Assembly (NCBI GenBank): GCA_965225855.1
Contig: CBDDCK010000005.1
Location: 608,001-672,000 of the forward strand
DNA: 64,000 nt
Reading direction: 5' to 3'
Source of the DNA: Spirochaetia bacterium
Lineage (GTDB): Bacteria; Spirochaetota; Spirochaetia; SP-2023
Below the pieces are notes generated by a model. It searched no databases. It had not been told where the DNA came from and worked only from the letters and a program-made list of their open reading frames with translations. A program made the translations under genes and the position numbers. This document shows positions 32,276-42,093 of the stretch, piece by piece (positions within the stretch are counted from its first letter, which is position 1; each line of letters opens with the position of its first letter).

Positions 32276-32350
32276 CCAAAACCATAGTTTGCTTTGTAAC
32301 TTTGTTGCGCAATAAAGCAAGGCATTGTTTCAGTGCGGAAATCTGTATGA

Positions 32351-32497
32351 TAGCAAGGCCGATCAAGACCTTGATCCAATGCGGAAAGATATATTATAGC
32401 AAGGCCGATCAAGACCTTGATCCAATGCGGAAAGCTGTATTATAGCAATGCCGATCAAGACCTTGATCGAATTGGGAAAGCTATATTATAGCAATGC
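32351..32497. repeat. 46-bp tandem repeat x3, each unit carrying the palindrome GATCAAG-AC-CTTGATC
   Basis: Units start at 32351, 32397 and 32443, with a partial unit at 32489. Confidence 0.9.
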
Positions 32498-33009
32498 GGA
32501 GTAATGTGGGGTATTTGGGCAAATTGTTGCGTGTTGCCCTGCTTATGGGGCTTTCAGAGGGTGCTTGACGGGATTGGAAGTGGTTTATAGTTAGCCTACC
32601 GTTTTTCACTTCTTTGTTTGACTTTGCCCAACACCTTTTTATATGGTCTCCATATTATATGGTCTCCATAGCAGATCAATAATGAAAAGCCACAATAGCC
32701 CCCACCTCAACACCAAACCAATAACGGCTCCAACCCCCAACTAACACCCCAAAGCAACAAACCCGATCGACACTGTATTGTCAAAATTCTTTGCGTGAAG
32801 AGCCGCAACTATATAGTGATAAGAGACCCAGCTAAATAAAGAGAAGCCCATATAGCCCAAGCTAAAGTACCCTAACACAAAAAAAGTACAAAAAAACTTA
32901 CAAAAAGCTTGTATAGGCCTTGACGCAACACCCCCCCTAGCAAAATGGGGATTTACAGACTAGCCCGTATGGGTTGGTTAATCTTTATCCATTGTTGGAG
33001 GTATTGCTT

Positions 33010-35124
33010 ATGTATAAGCTCAAACTACTTTTATTGCCTGTAGCCTGGCTACTGGCCTTTATGGCCTTGGCCTGCGCCCCACCCGATGACGATGATCGAT
33101 CTTCTGGGCCATCTTCTGGGCCGTCTATCAATAATGCCATCTACGACTTTGCTACGGCTCTGTTAACCGTACAAGGTACTGACTTAAGTCCTACAGAAGC
33201 CCAAATCCAAACCATCGTAGTAGATGGCATAGCTTTAGATTCCTATACTGCAGATGACCCAGCCACTGGGCCAGATAATAGCAATCTGGCAAAAGGTAAG
33301 TACCGTATTAAAAGCGATGGCACAGCGCTTTGGCTTAGACTTACCGATCAACATAAAGCTGCTCTTCAGACCAAGGTGGGTATGAATACCAATGGTCTAA
33401 AAAAAGGGTTGCTTACTAGCTCTGGTGCTTGGGCGGGTTTAAATACACCTAAAGACTTGGACGTTAGGAATGTACCCGATAAGCAGTCTAAAGTATCCGA
33501 TGACAATCAGCCATCTAAGCAAACTGAAGACGAACAAGCTGAAGAAGAGTCGCCTAAGCAATCTAAAGACGAACAAGACGAACAAGACGAACAAGACGAA
33601 CAAGACGAACAAGACGAACAAGCTGAAGAGGAGTCGCCTAAAGCTGCAATTACCGGTGCAAGCTACAATGTTGGCACGGCGCTGTTAACCTTGCAAGGTT
33701 CTAACTTAAGTCCTACAACTGCGACCCAAGCCCAAATCCAAACCATCGTAGTAGATGGCATAGCTTTAGATTCCTATATTGCAGATGCCACAGCCACTGG
33801 GCCAGATAGTCGCGGTCTTGCAAAAGGTAAGTACCGTATGAAAAGCGATGGCACAGCGCTTTGGCTTTACCTTACCGATACCGATAAAGCTACTCTGAAT
33901 GGCAAGACAGGTATGGATAGCAATGGTCTAAAAGATGGGTTGCTTACTAGCTCTGGTGCTTGGGCGGGTTTAGATACAGCCAAAGCCTTGGCCGTTAGTG
34001 GAAACCCCGCACCCACAATTACCCGTGCAACCTATGATGTTACTATAGGCTTCTTAGTGATTACAGGTACTAATTTACCAAAAGCAGTTACAGGCTGGGA
34101 CTTTAGCAAATTGACGCTTGTATCCGGTGATGGTAGTAATAGATTCACATTACCCCGGCATAACAGCAAAACCTATGGTTATGGAAGTAGAAACAGAGCC
34201 ACAGGTTCTAGTGCAAGTGCAACAGGCTTACAGATTACTTTAATTGGTAGTGTAAAAACGGAAGCCGAGAAGATACTGGTTAAGGAAGGTCTTCGTGATG
34301 CTAATGGTGCATACAACCTGGAAGCAGCAGCAGGATTTGCAGGTGGTAGCGCTGAAGACACAAGCAATCCTATTACCGTTAGCGGGTATACAGCCAGCAT
34401 CACCAAAGCAACCTACGATGCTAATACAGGCGAGTTATATATTATTGGTATCAAGTTACCGACATCAATTGCAAGATGGGACTTTAGCAAATTGACACTT
34501 GTATCCGGTGATGGTAGTAAGAGATACCCATTACCCGAGCACGCAATAGGTGAAAACACAGCCACAGGTTCTCGTCCAGGTGTAACCTACTTAACGATTA
34601 CTTTAAGCGGTAGTGTAAAAGCGGAAGCCGAGAAGATACTGGTTAAGGAAGGTCTTCGTGATGCTAATGGTGCATACAACCTGGAAGCAGCAGCAGGCTT
34701 TGCAGGTGGTAGCGCAGAAGACACAAGCAACCCGATTACCGTTAGCGGGTATGTAGCCAGCATCAACTTCGTATCATATATAGCTAGTACAGGCCAGTTA
34801 ATTATTAGTGGTAGCAGGTTACCGACAGCAGTTGCAGACTGGGACTTTAGCAAATTGACACTTGTATCCGGTGATGGTAGTAAGAGATTCACATTACCAC
34901 GGCACTCAACCGAAGGTGCAAATAGAGTCACAGGTTCTCGTGCAAGTGCAACAGGCTTAGACATTACTTTAAGCGGTAGTGTAAAAGCGGAAGTCGAGAA
35001 GATACTGGTTAAGGCTGGTAAAAGTGATAATAATGGTGCATATAACCTGGAAGCAGCAGCAGAATTTGTACCTGGTAGCACAGCAGACCCAACCACTAGT
35101 ATTCAATTTATAAATGCTAAGTAG
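33010..35124 (+). CDS. Repetitive surface lipoprotein (two copies of domain A, acidic DEQ linker, three copies of domain B)
   Basis: GGAGGT RBS before ATG 33010 (ORF track starts 32974); lipobox FMALAC; near-identical internal DNA repeats. Confidence 0.85.
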   Translation: MYKLKLLLLPVAWLLAFMALACAPPDDDDRSSGPSSGPSINNAIYDFATALLTVQGTDLSPTEAQIQTIVVDGIALDSYTADDPATGPDNSNLAKGKYRIKSDGTALWLRLTDQHKAALQTKVGMNTNGLKKGLLTSSGAWAGLNTPKDLDVRNVPDKQSKVSDDNQPSKQTEDEQAEEESPKQSKDEQDEQDEQDEQDEQDEQAEEESPKAAITGASYNVGTALLTLQGSNLSPTTATQAQIQTIVVDGIALDSYIADATATGPDSRGLAKGKYRMKSDGTALWLYLTDTDKATLNGKTGMDSNGLKDGLLTSSGAWAGLDTAKALAVSGNPAPTITRATYDVTIGFLVITGTNLPKAVTGWDFSKLTLVSGDGSNRFTLPRHNSKTYGYGSRNRATGSSASATGLQITLIGSVKTEAEKILVKEGLRDANGAYNLEAAAGFAGGSAEDTSNPITVSGYTASITKATYDANTGELYIIGIKLPTSIARWDFSKLTLVSGDGSKRYPLPEHAIGENTATGSRPGVTYLTITLSGSVKAEAEKILVKEGLRDANGAYNLEAAAGFAGGSAEDTSNPITVSGYVASINFVSYIASTGQLIISGSRLPTAVADWDFSKLTLVSGDGSKRFTLPRHSTEGANRVTGSRASATGLDITLSGSVKAEVEKILVKAGKSDNNGAYNLEAAAEFVPGSTADPTTSIQFINAK
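33568..33621 (+). repeat. 9-bp in-frame VNTR (gacgaacaa)x6 encoding DEQ repeats
   Basis: Directly visible. Confidence 0.95.
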
Positions 35125-35348
35125 GGTTTGGTTGTTGCAACGCTTGCATTGGCCAATTGCAGCCTTGGTAAGTTTTTTATCAAGGCTGCTTTTATCAATT
35201 ATAGCCAAATGCCAGACCTCAAAAGTTATAAAGACCGCATTATCTACCAGATTAAAGGCATTCGACAACACCGCTGGACTCCTTTTCGACTATGGCGCAC
35301 AGCCAACGCAGAAGGGGAAATGATTGGCAAATTTTTGAAGTAATTTTT

Positions 35349-36791
35349 TTAAAGTAACTCAAAAGCCGTGCCAGCTAAGAAATCACTTAACGGTGTATCT
35401 TGTTTGGAAAACAAATCGGACTGGCTATATTCCAGCGGTAAAACCAAACGCAGCATGGTTAGCGATTTGCGAAAATCTTCGAGCGTGCTGGGTTGCAGAA
35501 CCGTAGAACTTTGCATAAAGGGCAAGACCTTTTGCCCATGTTGTATCCACTGCCGTTGCACCCCAAGGGGTTGGGAAACATAAATATCTTTGATTTCCAT
35601 TTTTTTGGGGCCCGTCAAATCCAACATTACCTGCCAAACTTTTAAAGAATGAAGACTGTAGCGTTGTTGTAAATATTGGTGTAAATTGCTACACAATTTG
35701 AGCCGTTGGCTGCGGTTGCGCAACTGCGTTAAAAATTCTTTATCGGCTTTGCCCAAACACAATTCATCGACCACAACAAAATGGCGCGGCTCTTGGGCCA
35801 ACAAGCACAAAGCTTTTTCCGAGATATTCAAATGGGTAAACAAAGAGGGAAAGCTATCATCATCGCTACAAAATATTTGTTCTTCATTGAGCAAACCAGA
35901 TTCTAGCGCACAGGCCACGCCTTCTACCACCGGCGCCGAAAGTGCCCGAACGTTGCGGTGCCAATATACCGTGCGAAACATTAAATAGCGCGAAAAAGTT
36001 AAACTTTCGATAATGGTTAGGCCACGCCCCGGAATGCAAATACGAAACGGCGATTCTCGCTTTGTTTCTCCTTTTATTTCTTGTGTTTGCAAAATTTCTG
36101 TATCGAGATGGCACAAGTGAACTTGCGATAAAAGATATTCCAAATCCTGAATGCCGTAGGGCACACCGCAATAATAGGCATCGCGGTTCAGATAATCCAA
36201 CTTATCTGGGTCTAGCGTACCCGAAAGTAAAGAACGATATAACAGCCCTTCACTTTGTTCTTCTGAGGCAGTCGAAACCATCGAGGGCAAGGGCAACGAT
36301 TGATCAACCAGTGCCGCAACCAATGCCGGTGCAGTGCCTAGCTCCTTGGTGAGGATCGAGGCTATCGGTTCGTTCAAAATACAACGAGCAGATATTTGTT
36401 CATGCTCAACTGACAGCCCTTCTAAAATATGTGCATAGGGGAAATGCCCTAGATCATGAAGTAAAGCTGCAGCCAAGAAAGCCTTTGCCCCTTCCAAGCT
36501 AGGGCTAAAGCCAGCAGGAATACTATTCTTACTGGACAACAAAGCAAGCAACAAACGGCGCGCCATCCAAAAAACCCCAATGCTGTGCTCAAAGCGAGTA
36601 TGGCGCGCACCGGGGTAGACCAACGTTGCCGAACTAAGCTGGCGTATACCACTAAGGCGCAAAAAAGGCTGCGAATGAATTAGCTTTTGAAACGCCTGAT
36701 TTAAATAAACATGCTTCCACAGCGGGTCGCGTAGCGGAATATCAAAAGCGTTTTGCAAATAAGCAATCACTTCAGAACAAACTTTGGTCAT
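35349..36791 (-). CDS. HD-domain phosphohydrolase (dNTP triphosphohydrolase-like)
   Basis: RDPLW, RLSGIRQL, HTRFEHSIG, LLHDLGHFPYAH and DPDKLDYLNRDAYYCG motifs. Confidence 0.9.
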   Translation of the reverse strand: MTKVCSEVIAYLQNAFDIPLRDPLWKHVYLNQAFQKLIHSQPFLRLSGIRQLSSATLVYPGARHTRFEHSIGVFWMARRLLLALLSSKNSIPAGFSPSLEGAKAFLAAALLHDLGHFPYAHILEGLSVEHEQISARCILNEPIASILTKELGTAPALVAALVDQSLPLPSMVSTASEEQSEGLLYRSLLSGTLDPDKLDYLNRDAYYCGVPYGIQDLEYLLSQVHLCHLDTEILQTQEIKGETKRESPFRICIPGRGLTIIESLTFSRYLMFRTVYWHRNVRALSAPVVEGVACALESGLLNEEQIFCSDDDSFPSLFTHLNISEKALCLLAQEPRHFVVVDELCLGKADKEFLTQLRNRSQRLKLCSNLHQYLQQRYSLHSLKVWQVMLDLTGPKKMEIKDIYVSQPLGVQRQWIQHGQKVLPFMQSSTVLQPSTLEDFRKSLTMLRLVLPLEYSQSDLFSKQDTPLSDFLAGTAFELL

Positions 36792-36851
36792 AAAACCCTG
36801 CGATAACCCTTGTATTTGATATTCTCAACTAAACCGTGAATTATCCAATTT

Positions 36852-38630
36852 TTATTCTTTGGCAGCCTCAATTTGCTTTTGGACAAATTTTTCAATCTCG
36901 GCAATTTTTGTTGCCGTTTCACTGCGCCCTAAATCTCCTTTGGCCAGACTTTTGCAAGAAGCGTAAAATTTAATTTTTGGCTCTGTTCCCGAAGGGCGGG
37001 CCGTGATAACTGAGCCATCGCTGCCATAAAGTTGCAAAACGTTTGACTTGGGTAAATCAATATCTTGTTTGGATTCACCACTAACTAAAGTTGTAGTGCC
37101 ATTTGCATAATCCTTATACTGTGCAATTTCAATATTGCCAATTGCTTTTGGTTTATCCTTGCGCAGCGTCTCCATTATTTTGTTCATCGTTTCCAGACCT
37201 TGGGAGCCCTCAAAATAATAGTTGATCAACGTTTCTTGGTAAAAACCATAGCGGTCGTAAATATCGTTTAGATAAGCTAGCAATGAGCGGCCTTGCTGTA
37301 AATTCCACATGGCCATTTCCACCGTCATCGTACTGGCCGAAATAGCATCTTTATCGCGTGCATGGCTATCAATTAGGTATCCATAACTTTCTTCACAACC
37401 AAAAATATATTGATATTTTTGGTTATGTTCCCATTCGCGTATTAGTGCACCAATAAATTTAAAGCCTGTCAAAACTTTAAAATCGGCAACCCCGTAAGAC
37501 TTTGCAATCTCATTTTGCAAATTACTAGTTACAATGGTATTGACAAATGCTGCATTGTCTGGCAACTTGTCTTGTTCTTTGAGGGTCGAAAACAAATAAT
37601 CGCACAGCATGGCACCCAATTGATTGCCCGAAATCAAAATATATTCGCCATTTTTATCTGGTACTGCAATTCCCATACGGTCGGCATCAGGATCGGTACC
37701 CAAGACTAAATCCGCCTTTCGTTGTTTAGCATGGGAGAGAGCCAATTCCATAGCAGGGGCAATTTCAGGGTTGGGAAACTGCGTAGTTGGGAAATTGCCA
37801 TCGGGCTCGGCTTGTTCTGGGACAGTAAAAACTTGGACTCCCATTTTTGCCAGAGCCCTTTCTATGCTTTGCCTTCCCGCACCATGTAAAGGGGTGTAGA
37901 CTAATTCTAACGAATGCTGTTTTACTAGCTCGGGACGCAGCGATTGAGCTGCAACCATATCGATATATGGCTGGTCAATTTCTTCATCGATCCAGCATAA
38001 AAGCCCTTTATTCAGAGCCTCGTCTTCAGAAATACTTGGCAAATCGCCCGCTACCGAATTTACCTTAGCAATAATCTCTTTATCGTGGGGAGTGATAACT
38101 TGAGCACCGTCATTCCAATAGACTTTGTATCCGTTATATTTTGCCGGGTTGTGGCTAGCTGTAACCACAATGCCTGAACAACAACCCAATTTCTGCACAG
38201 CAAACGATAATTCTGGAGTAGGGCGCAGGCTGGTAAACACCGTGCTGCGAATGCCATTGGCTGCCAAAATCAAGGCTGCTTCCTTGGCAAACAATGCCGA
38301 ATAATTGCGGCTATCATATGCAAGGCAAACATGTCGCTGTTCTTCAGCTACATTTTCGCAAATATAGAGGGCCAACCCTTGGGTGGCCTTGCGAATTGTG
38401 TAACAATTTAAGCGGTTTAAGCCTCCGCCAATTTCGCCACGCAGCCCCCCTGTGCCAAAATCCAAAGATTTGTAAAAACGCTCATACAATTCTGTTTTGT
38501 ATTTTTCTCTGTCTATATTCTTTGGCGTTCTATCGAGTTTTTCCAGCAAATCTGCCACTTGCTGCCGAAATACTAGAAATTGTTCGTCCTTTATATATTG
38601 CTCTGCTAACATAAGAATATCATCTGTCAT
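36852..38630 (-). CDS. Phosphoglucomutase/phosphomannomutase
   Basis: FGTGGLRG, TASHNP, DPDADR, GCEESYG and RPSGTEPKIK motifs. Confidence 0.95.
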   Translation of the reverse strand: MTDDILMLAEQYIKDEQFLVFRQQVADLLEKLDRTPKNIDREKYKTELYERFYKSLDFGTGGLRGEIGGGLNRLNCYTIRKATQGLALYICENVAEEQRHVCLAYDSRNYSALFAKEAALILAANGIRSTVFTSLRPTPELSFAVQKLGCCSGIVVTASHNPAKYNGYKVYWNDGAQVITPHDKEIIAKVNSVAGDLPSISEDEALNKGLLCWIDEEIDQPYIDMVAAQSLRPELVKQHSLELVYTPLHGAGRQSIERALAKMGVQVFTVPEQAEPDGNFPTTQFPNPEIAPAMELALSHAKQRKADLVLGTDPDADRMGIAVPDKNGEYILISGNQLGAMLCDYLFSTLKEQDKLPDNAAFVNTIVTSNLQNEIAKSYGVADFKVLTGFKFIGALIREWEHNQKYQYIFGCEESYGYLIDSHARDKDAISASTMTVEMAMWNLQQGRSLLAYLNDIYDRYGFYQETLINYYFEGSQGLETMNKIMETLRKDKPKAIGNIEIAQYKDYANGTTTLVSGESKQDIDLPKSNVLQLYGSDGSVITARPSGTEPKIKFYASCKSLAKGDLGRSETATKIAEIEKFVQKQIEAAKE

Positions 38631-38696
38631 TTGATTTACTTCCTTCTATCATGGTCGAAAATTATGAAAATTATTTTATAGCATTTTCTGGATTTT

Positions 38697-39215
38697 CTAA
38701 TCTTTGCCAAACCTTAGCTTGTCATCATTTTGGAATAATAATTCCAATTCCGCATCTGAAACCATTACATTTTCATTATCACTTTCTTTATTGCAATTGA
38801 GGAATTCTTTGGCTAATTTTTCATTGCCATCACTAATTTTGACAATCGTTTTGCGCCATTCTTCATAATTTTTTTGCAATAGTTCCCTAAGAAAATTTTT
38901 TGGTGAATCCATGGCACTGCGCAAAAATATTAAAAACGCATGCTTTACCCGAAACAATTGATGGGTTAGCTCGGCAAAATTCAGCAACTGATTTCGATCG
39001 TCTAGCAAACGCTCATGCTCTTCCAACAAGCGGGCAATATTGCGCACTTCTTCAATAATCTGGACATTAAAAATATTGCCGTTGACTTCTAATTCCAGCA
39101 ATTCTTGCAGTATTTTTATGCGATTGCGCAAAAAGAAAAAATTATCATTGAAGTAAATTTGTTCCATGCGGTCAATCTTAACTAGGAAAAGTCTCGGGTG
39201 CAAATACTCCAGCAT
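38697..39215 (-). CDS. Hypothetical protein
   Basis: 172-aa helical ORF co-oriented between dgkA and the phosphomutase. Confidence 0.65.
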   Translation of the reverse strand: MLEYLHPRLFLVKIDRMEQIYFNDNFFFLRNRIKILQELLELEVNGNIFNVQIIEEVRNIARLLEEHERLLDDRNQLLNFAELTHQLFRVKHAFLIFLRSAMDSPKNFLRELLQKNYEEWRKTIVKISDGNEKLAKEFLNCNKESDNENVMVSDAELELLFQNDDKLRFGKD

Positions 39216-39221
39216 TATTTT

Positions 39222-39701
39222 TTAATAAGCGAACAAGTTTTTTAAATACGGCCCAAAAACAAGAATGCTTTGTATTGTTGCATGGATTGCACTTAGCAGG
39301 ACGAAAGCTGCTGCAATATCTTTAGCCATCATCGCCAAATAATTGAATTTTCGTTCGTAGATGTCTACCATATATTCTAAGGCAGTGTTGGCCAATTCAG
39401 CCCCAAGTACTTGAAAAATAGAAAATAAAATAATGCTCCATTCATTTTTGTTCAGTTGCCAGTAAAAGCCTAATAGCGCAACTGCAACCGCAAAAAATAG
39501 CTCAAGACGAAAATTGCGTTGGGTGCGAAACGCGTAGTAGAGGCCGCGAAAAGCCCAGCGAAAACTGGCAAAAGGGCTATGCTGATGCAATTGGTCAATC
39601 TCACTAAACCCTTGCTCAGCATTATCTTTTAATTGCTGTGCTAAATTTTGGTGGTATTGGTATGCTTTAGAAGTTGTGTTTTTTGCTTTTTTTGTATTCA
39701 T
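39222..39701 (-). CDS. dgkA: Diacylglycerol/undecaprenol kinase (DgkA family)
   Basis: SFRWAFRG, QRNFR, ELANTALE..VD and AKDIAAAFVL motifs. Confidence 0.88.
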   Translation of the reverse strand: MNTKKAKNTTSKAYQYHQNLAQQLKDNAEQGFSEIDQLHQHSPFASFRWAFRGLYYAFRTQRNFRLELFFAVAVALLGFYWQLNKNEWSIILFSIFQVLGAELANTALEYMVDIYERKFNYLAMMAKDIAAAFVLLSAIHATIQSILVFGPYLKNLFAY

Positions 39702-39895
39702 AATTTTATGATTTAGCTTTAAGCTTATCTGCCATTAATGTCAATCCCTAGCTTTTGAAATTTAATTTTTGTATAAAACCCAAACAGACGCTTAACTACA
39801 GACAAAAAAAGTAACTCCACTATATTTTGATTTTGCGTAAAGCCTCCCTGAATATTAGGATTTGGTACTCTCTACAAATAAACAATTGAAGTAAA

Positions 39896-41083
39896 ATGGT
39901 AACAGTCGTGATACAACATTTAATCAAAGTAAAACCATATCAATGTATATTTTGTATTGGAATCGTGTTTCTTTGGCCTGCAAGTATTATCAGCTGTACT
40001 AAATTCAAAAGAGAGCCGGGCCCCACCAACCAAATGTCCCAATTACTTACCGAGCCAGAGCGTTGGCAAAGCTATACACCTAAACAACGTTTTGCTATGT
40101 ACAATAATATGTTGAGTCTCTACCATAAAGAAGGCTATATAAAGTTAAAAATCGAACCCAAAAAACAAGCGACTTTTCGTATAGATACCCAGCGTCTCGA
40201 TGATATTTTTATCTCTCTTATCAATACCAATCCAGAAGACCCTTACAATAGTTATTATCTGTATAATATCGCTGGTAATTATATTGAACGCGGAGAAAAA
40301 GTAATGGGTTTATGGCTTTTGCGTTCTATGTACCAGCAATTCCCAGATTTAAGCTTGACAAATTACCCCAGTATTCACTATTTATTTTTAGATGCCTTAG
40401 GACGTATGGAAGATAATGTTGACTACCGAATTGATGCAATCCAAAAAATTTTAGCCCGTTATAACCAACAACAATTGAGCCTTATGGAAGAAAATACAGC
40501 AAATCCGCGGGGTGTTTGGCTTTATCGTTTAGGTAAAGCATATGAAATGAAGGCAACAGAAATGCTCTATGTAAACCCAAAATTGGCAGACGAAAACTTA
40601 AAAGCTGGGATGAAAGTCTACAATCAATTTTTTCGTATGGACTCGGTTTTTGTTCCCGAAGAACCCAATGCGCGCAACGTTGTGGCTAGCAAAATAAGTA
40701 TTTACAATGCTCGGCGGAATTGGTATACAGACCCAAGTTTGGAAAATCTAATTCAGAAAGTTCAATATGCAATACAAAATAACGATATTAATAATGTGTT
40801 ACGGTATCAGGCCAATGGTTTTTTTGTTTTAAGCTCTGACTATCGAGATGAAGTTAGCCGTATTGGTAGCGATATTTATTTGCCCTATTTTTTAGGTGGA
40901 GTGATACAGTTTGGCAATTTAACACCCGAGTCTAACGACAAAGAAGCTTGGCTTTACAGTACCAACTGGCCATTTCATCTAACGACATGGTACTTGTATT
41001 TTCACAAGATAGATTATCCGGTATCTCCAGAAATTGATGGTAATTGGGAGTGGGCTGGAATTTATTTAGGAGATTTTTATTAG
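39896..41083 (+). CDS. Hypothetical lipoprotein, TPR-like
   Basis: Lipobox-like IISC; helical repeats; C-terminal WEWAGIYLG. Confidence 0.7.
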   Translation: MVTVVIQHLIKVKPYQCIFCIGIVFLWPASIISCTKFKREPGPTNQMSQLLTEPERWQSYTPKQRFAMYNNMLSLYHKEGYIKLKIEPKKQATFRIDTQRLDDIFISLINTNPEDPYNSYYLYNIAGNYIERGEKVMGLWLLRSMYQQFPDLSLTNYPSIHYLFLDALGRMEDNVDYRIDAIQKILARYNQQQLSLMEENTANPRGVWLYRLGKAYEMKATEMLYVNPKLADENLKAGMKVYNQFFRMDSVFVPEEPNARNVVASKISIYNARRNWYTDPSLENLIQKVQYAIQNNDINNVLRYQANGFFVLSSDYRDEVSRIGSDIYLPYFLGGVIQFGNLTPESNDKEAWLYSTNWPFHLTTWYLYFHKIDYPVSPEIDGNWEWAGIYLGDFY

Positions 41084-41085
41084 CA

Positions 41086-42072
41086 ATGGTGAAAAAATAC
41101 TGCAAACAGATCAATCTAAAAATCTTTTGGATTCTTCTGTTGTTTCTTTTTTGCATTTTTTATGGTGCGCTGAATATGTTGGTTGCTCAAGTTGGAGGTG
41201 GAGCTGGCAGCCAAGATAGCAGAGCCAATATAAATAACCAAAATGTGTCTATAGCCGATCAACAAATGGAGCAGGCAAATTTTTCTACAAAGAAAGAATA
41301 TTCTCTAAATGCTTTTGTAAACTGGGATAAAAAATTGCTTCAAATTAAAATTTCCGTGCCAGTTAAAAAACTGGAATTACAAACGCGCTACTATGTGAAC
41401 GCGATTCTTGAAAGCTATTTTTCTGTTTGGCTTTATGATTCTGTCAAAAATCTACAAATTAATTCACAACAAACCCTAAAAGATATTTGGGGTAGTACAT
41501 CGCTAAAAAATCTTTATATGCTTTTAAAGGATATATTGAAGAAAAAATATTCCGTATTTTACCCGAACCTAAAATCTTTTTCGACTGTGTATGAAATTAG
41601 CTTGTATCCGAATTTAGTTCGTTTTTGGGCCGATGAGCAATTTAAAGCAGAAAAATTGCCCTCTGCTGTTTTGAATGCCAATGGAACCGAATTTACAGGG
41701 TTAATTATTTATGTTCAAAATCAATTGCCCGTTCGCGCAGACCCTTACGGCACCAAGAAATTCAAGCGGGCATTATTCCCTAAGATATATAATGAAAATT
41801 TGCGCTTGATAATGAACTACCGCAATGTAGAAAAAGAAATATTATTACAACGTGGAATGCTCAGTTATGATATGAAAGAGAATGAAGCACAGCATAAGAA
41901 TTTTATAGGCAGCTTTCCGTTTCGTATTGTTGCTCGTGAATTATTTGGTGAGGAGCCCACCGATATTATCATCAGTAATTCTGATGCCAATTTTATATTG
42001 GAAAATGTCTATATGAGAAAGGCTCTACAGCAGGGAAAAATTTTGATATTGTATGATGAATTGGCTTTTTGA
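41086..42072 (+). CDS. Hypothetical exported protein
   Basis: Likely start at ATG 41086 (track starts 41044); signal/TM segment; FTGLIIY and ALFPKIY motifs. Confidence 0.7.
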   Translation: MVKKYCKQINLKIFWILLLFLFCIFYGALNMLVAQVGGGAGSQDSRANINNQNVSIADQQMEQANFSTKKEYSLNAFVNWDKKLLQIKISVPVKKLELQTRYYVNAILESYFSVWLYDSVKNLQINSQQTLKDIWGSTSLKNLYMLLKDILKKKYSVFYPNLKSFSTVYEISLYPNLVRFWADEQFKAEKLPSAVLNANGTEFTGLIIYVQNQLPVRADPYGTKKFKRALFPKIYNENLRLIMNYRNVEKEILLQRGMLSYDMKENEAQHKNFIGSFPFRIVARELFGEEPTDIIISNSDANFILENVYMRKALQQGKILILYDELAF

Positions 42073-42093
42073 CAATGTGTTATATGTAGGCGA

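Noticed and set aside
32351..32497. 46-bp repeats as a mini CRISPR array
   Set aside because: Units are contiguous with no unique spacers
33010..35124. Diversity-generating retroelement template/variable repeats
   Set aside because: No reverse transcriptase in the window; the repeats are in-frame domains with differences not limited to adenines
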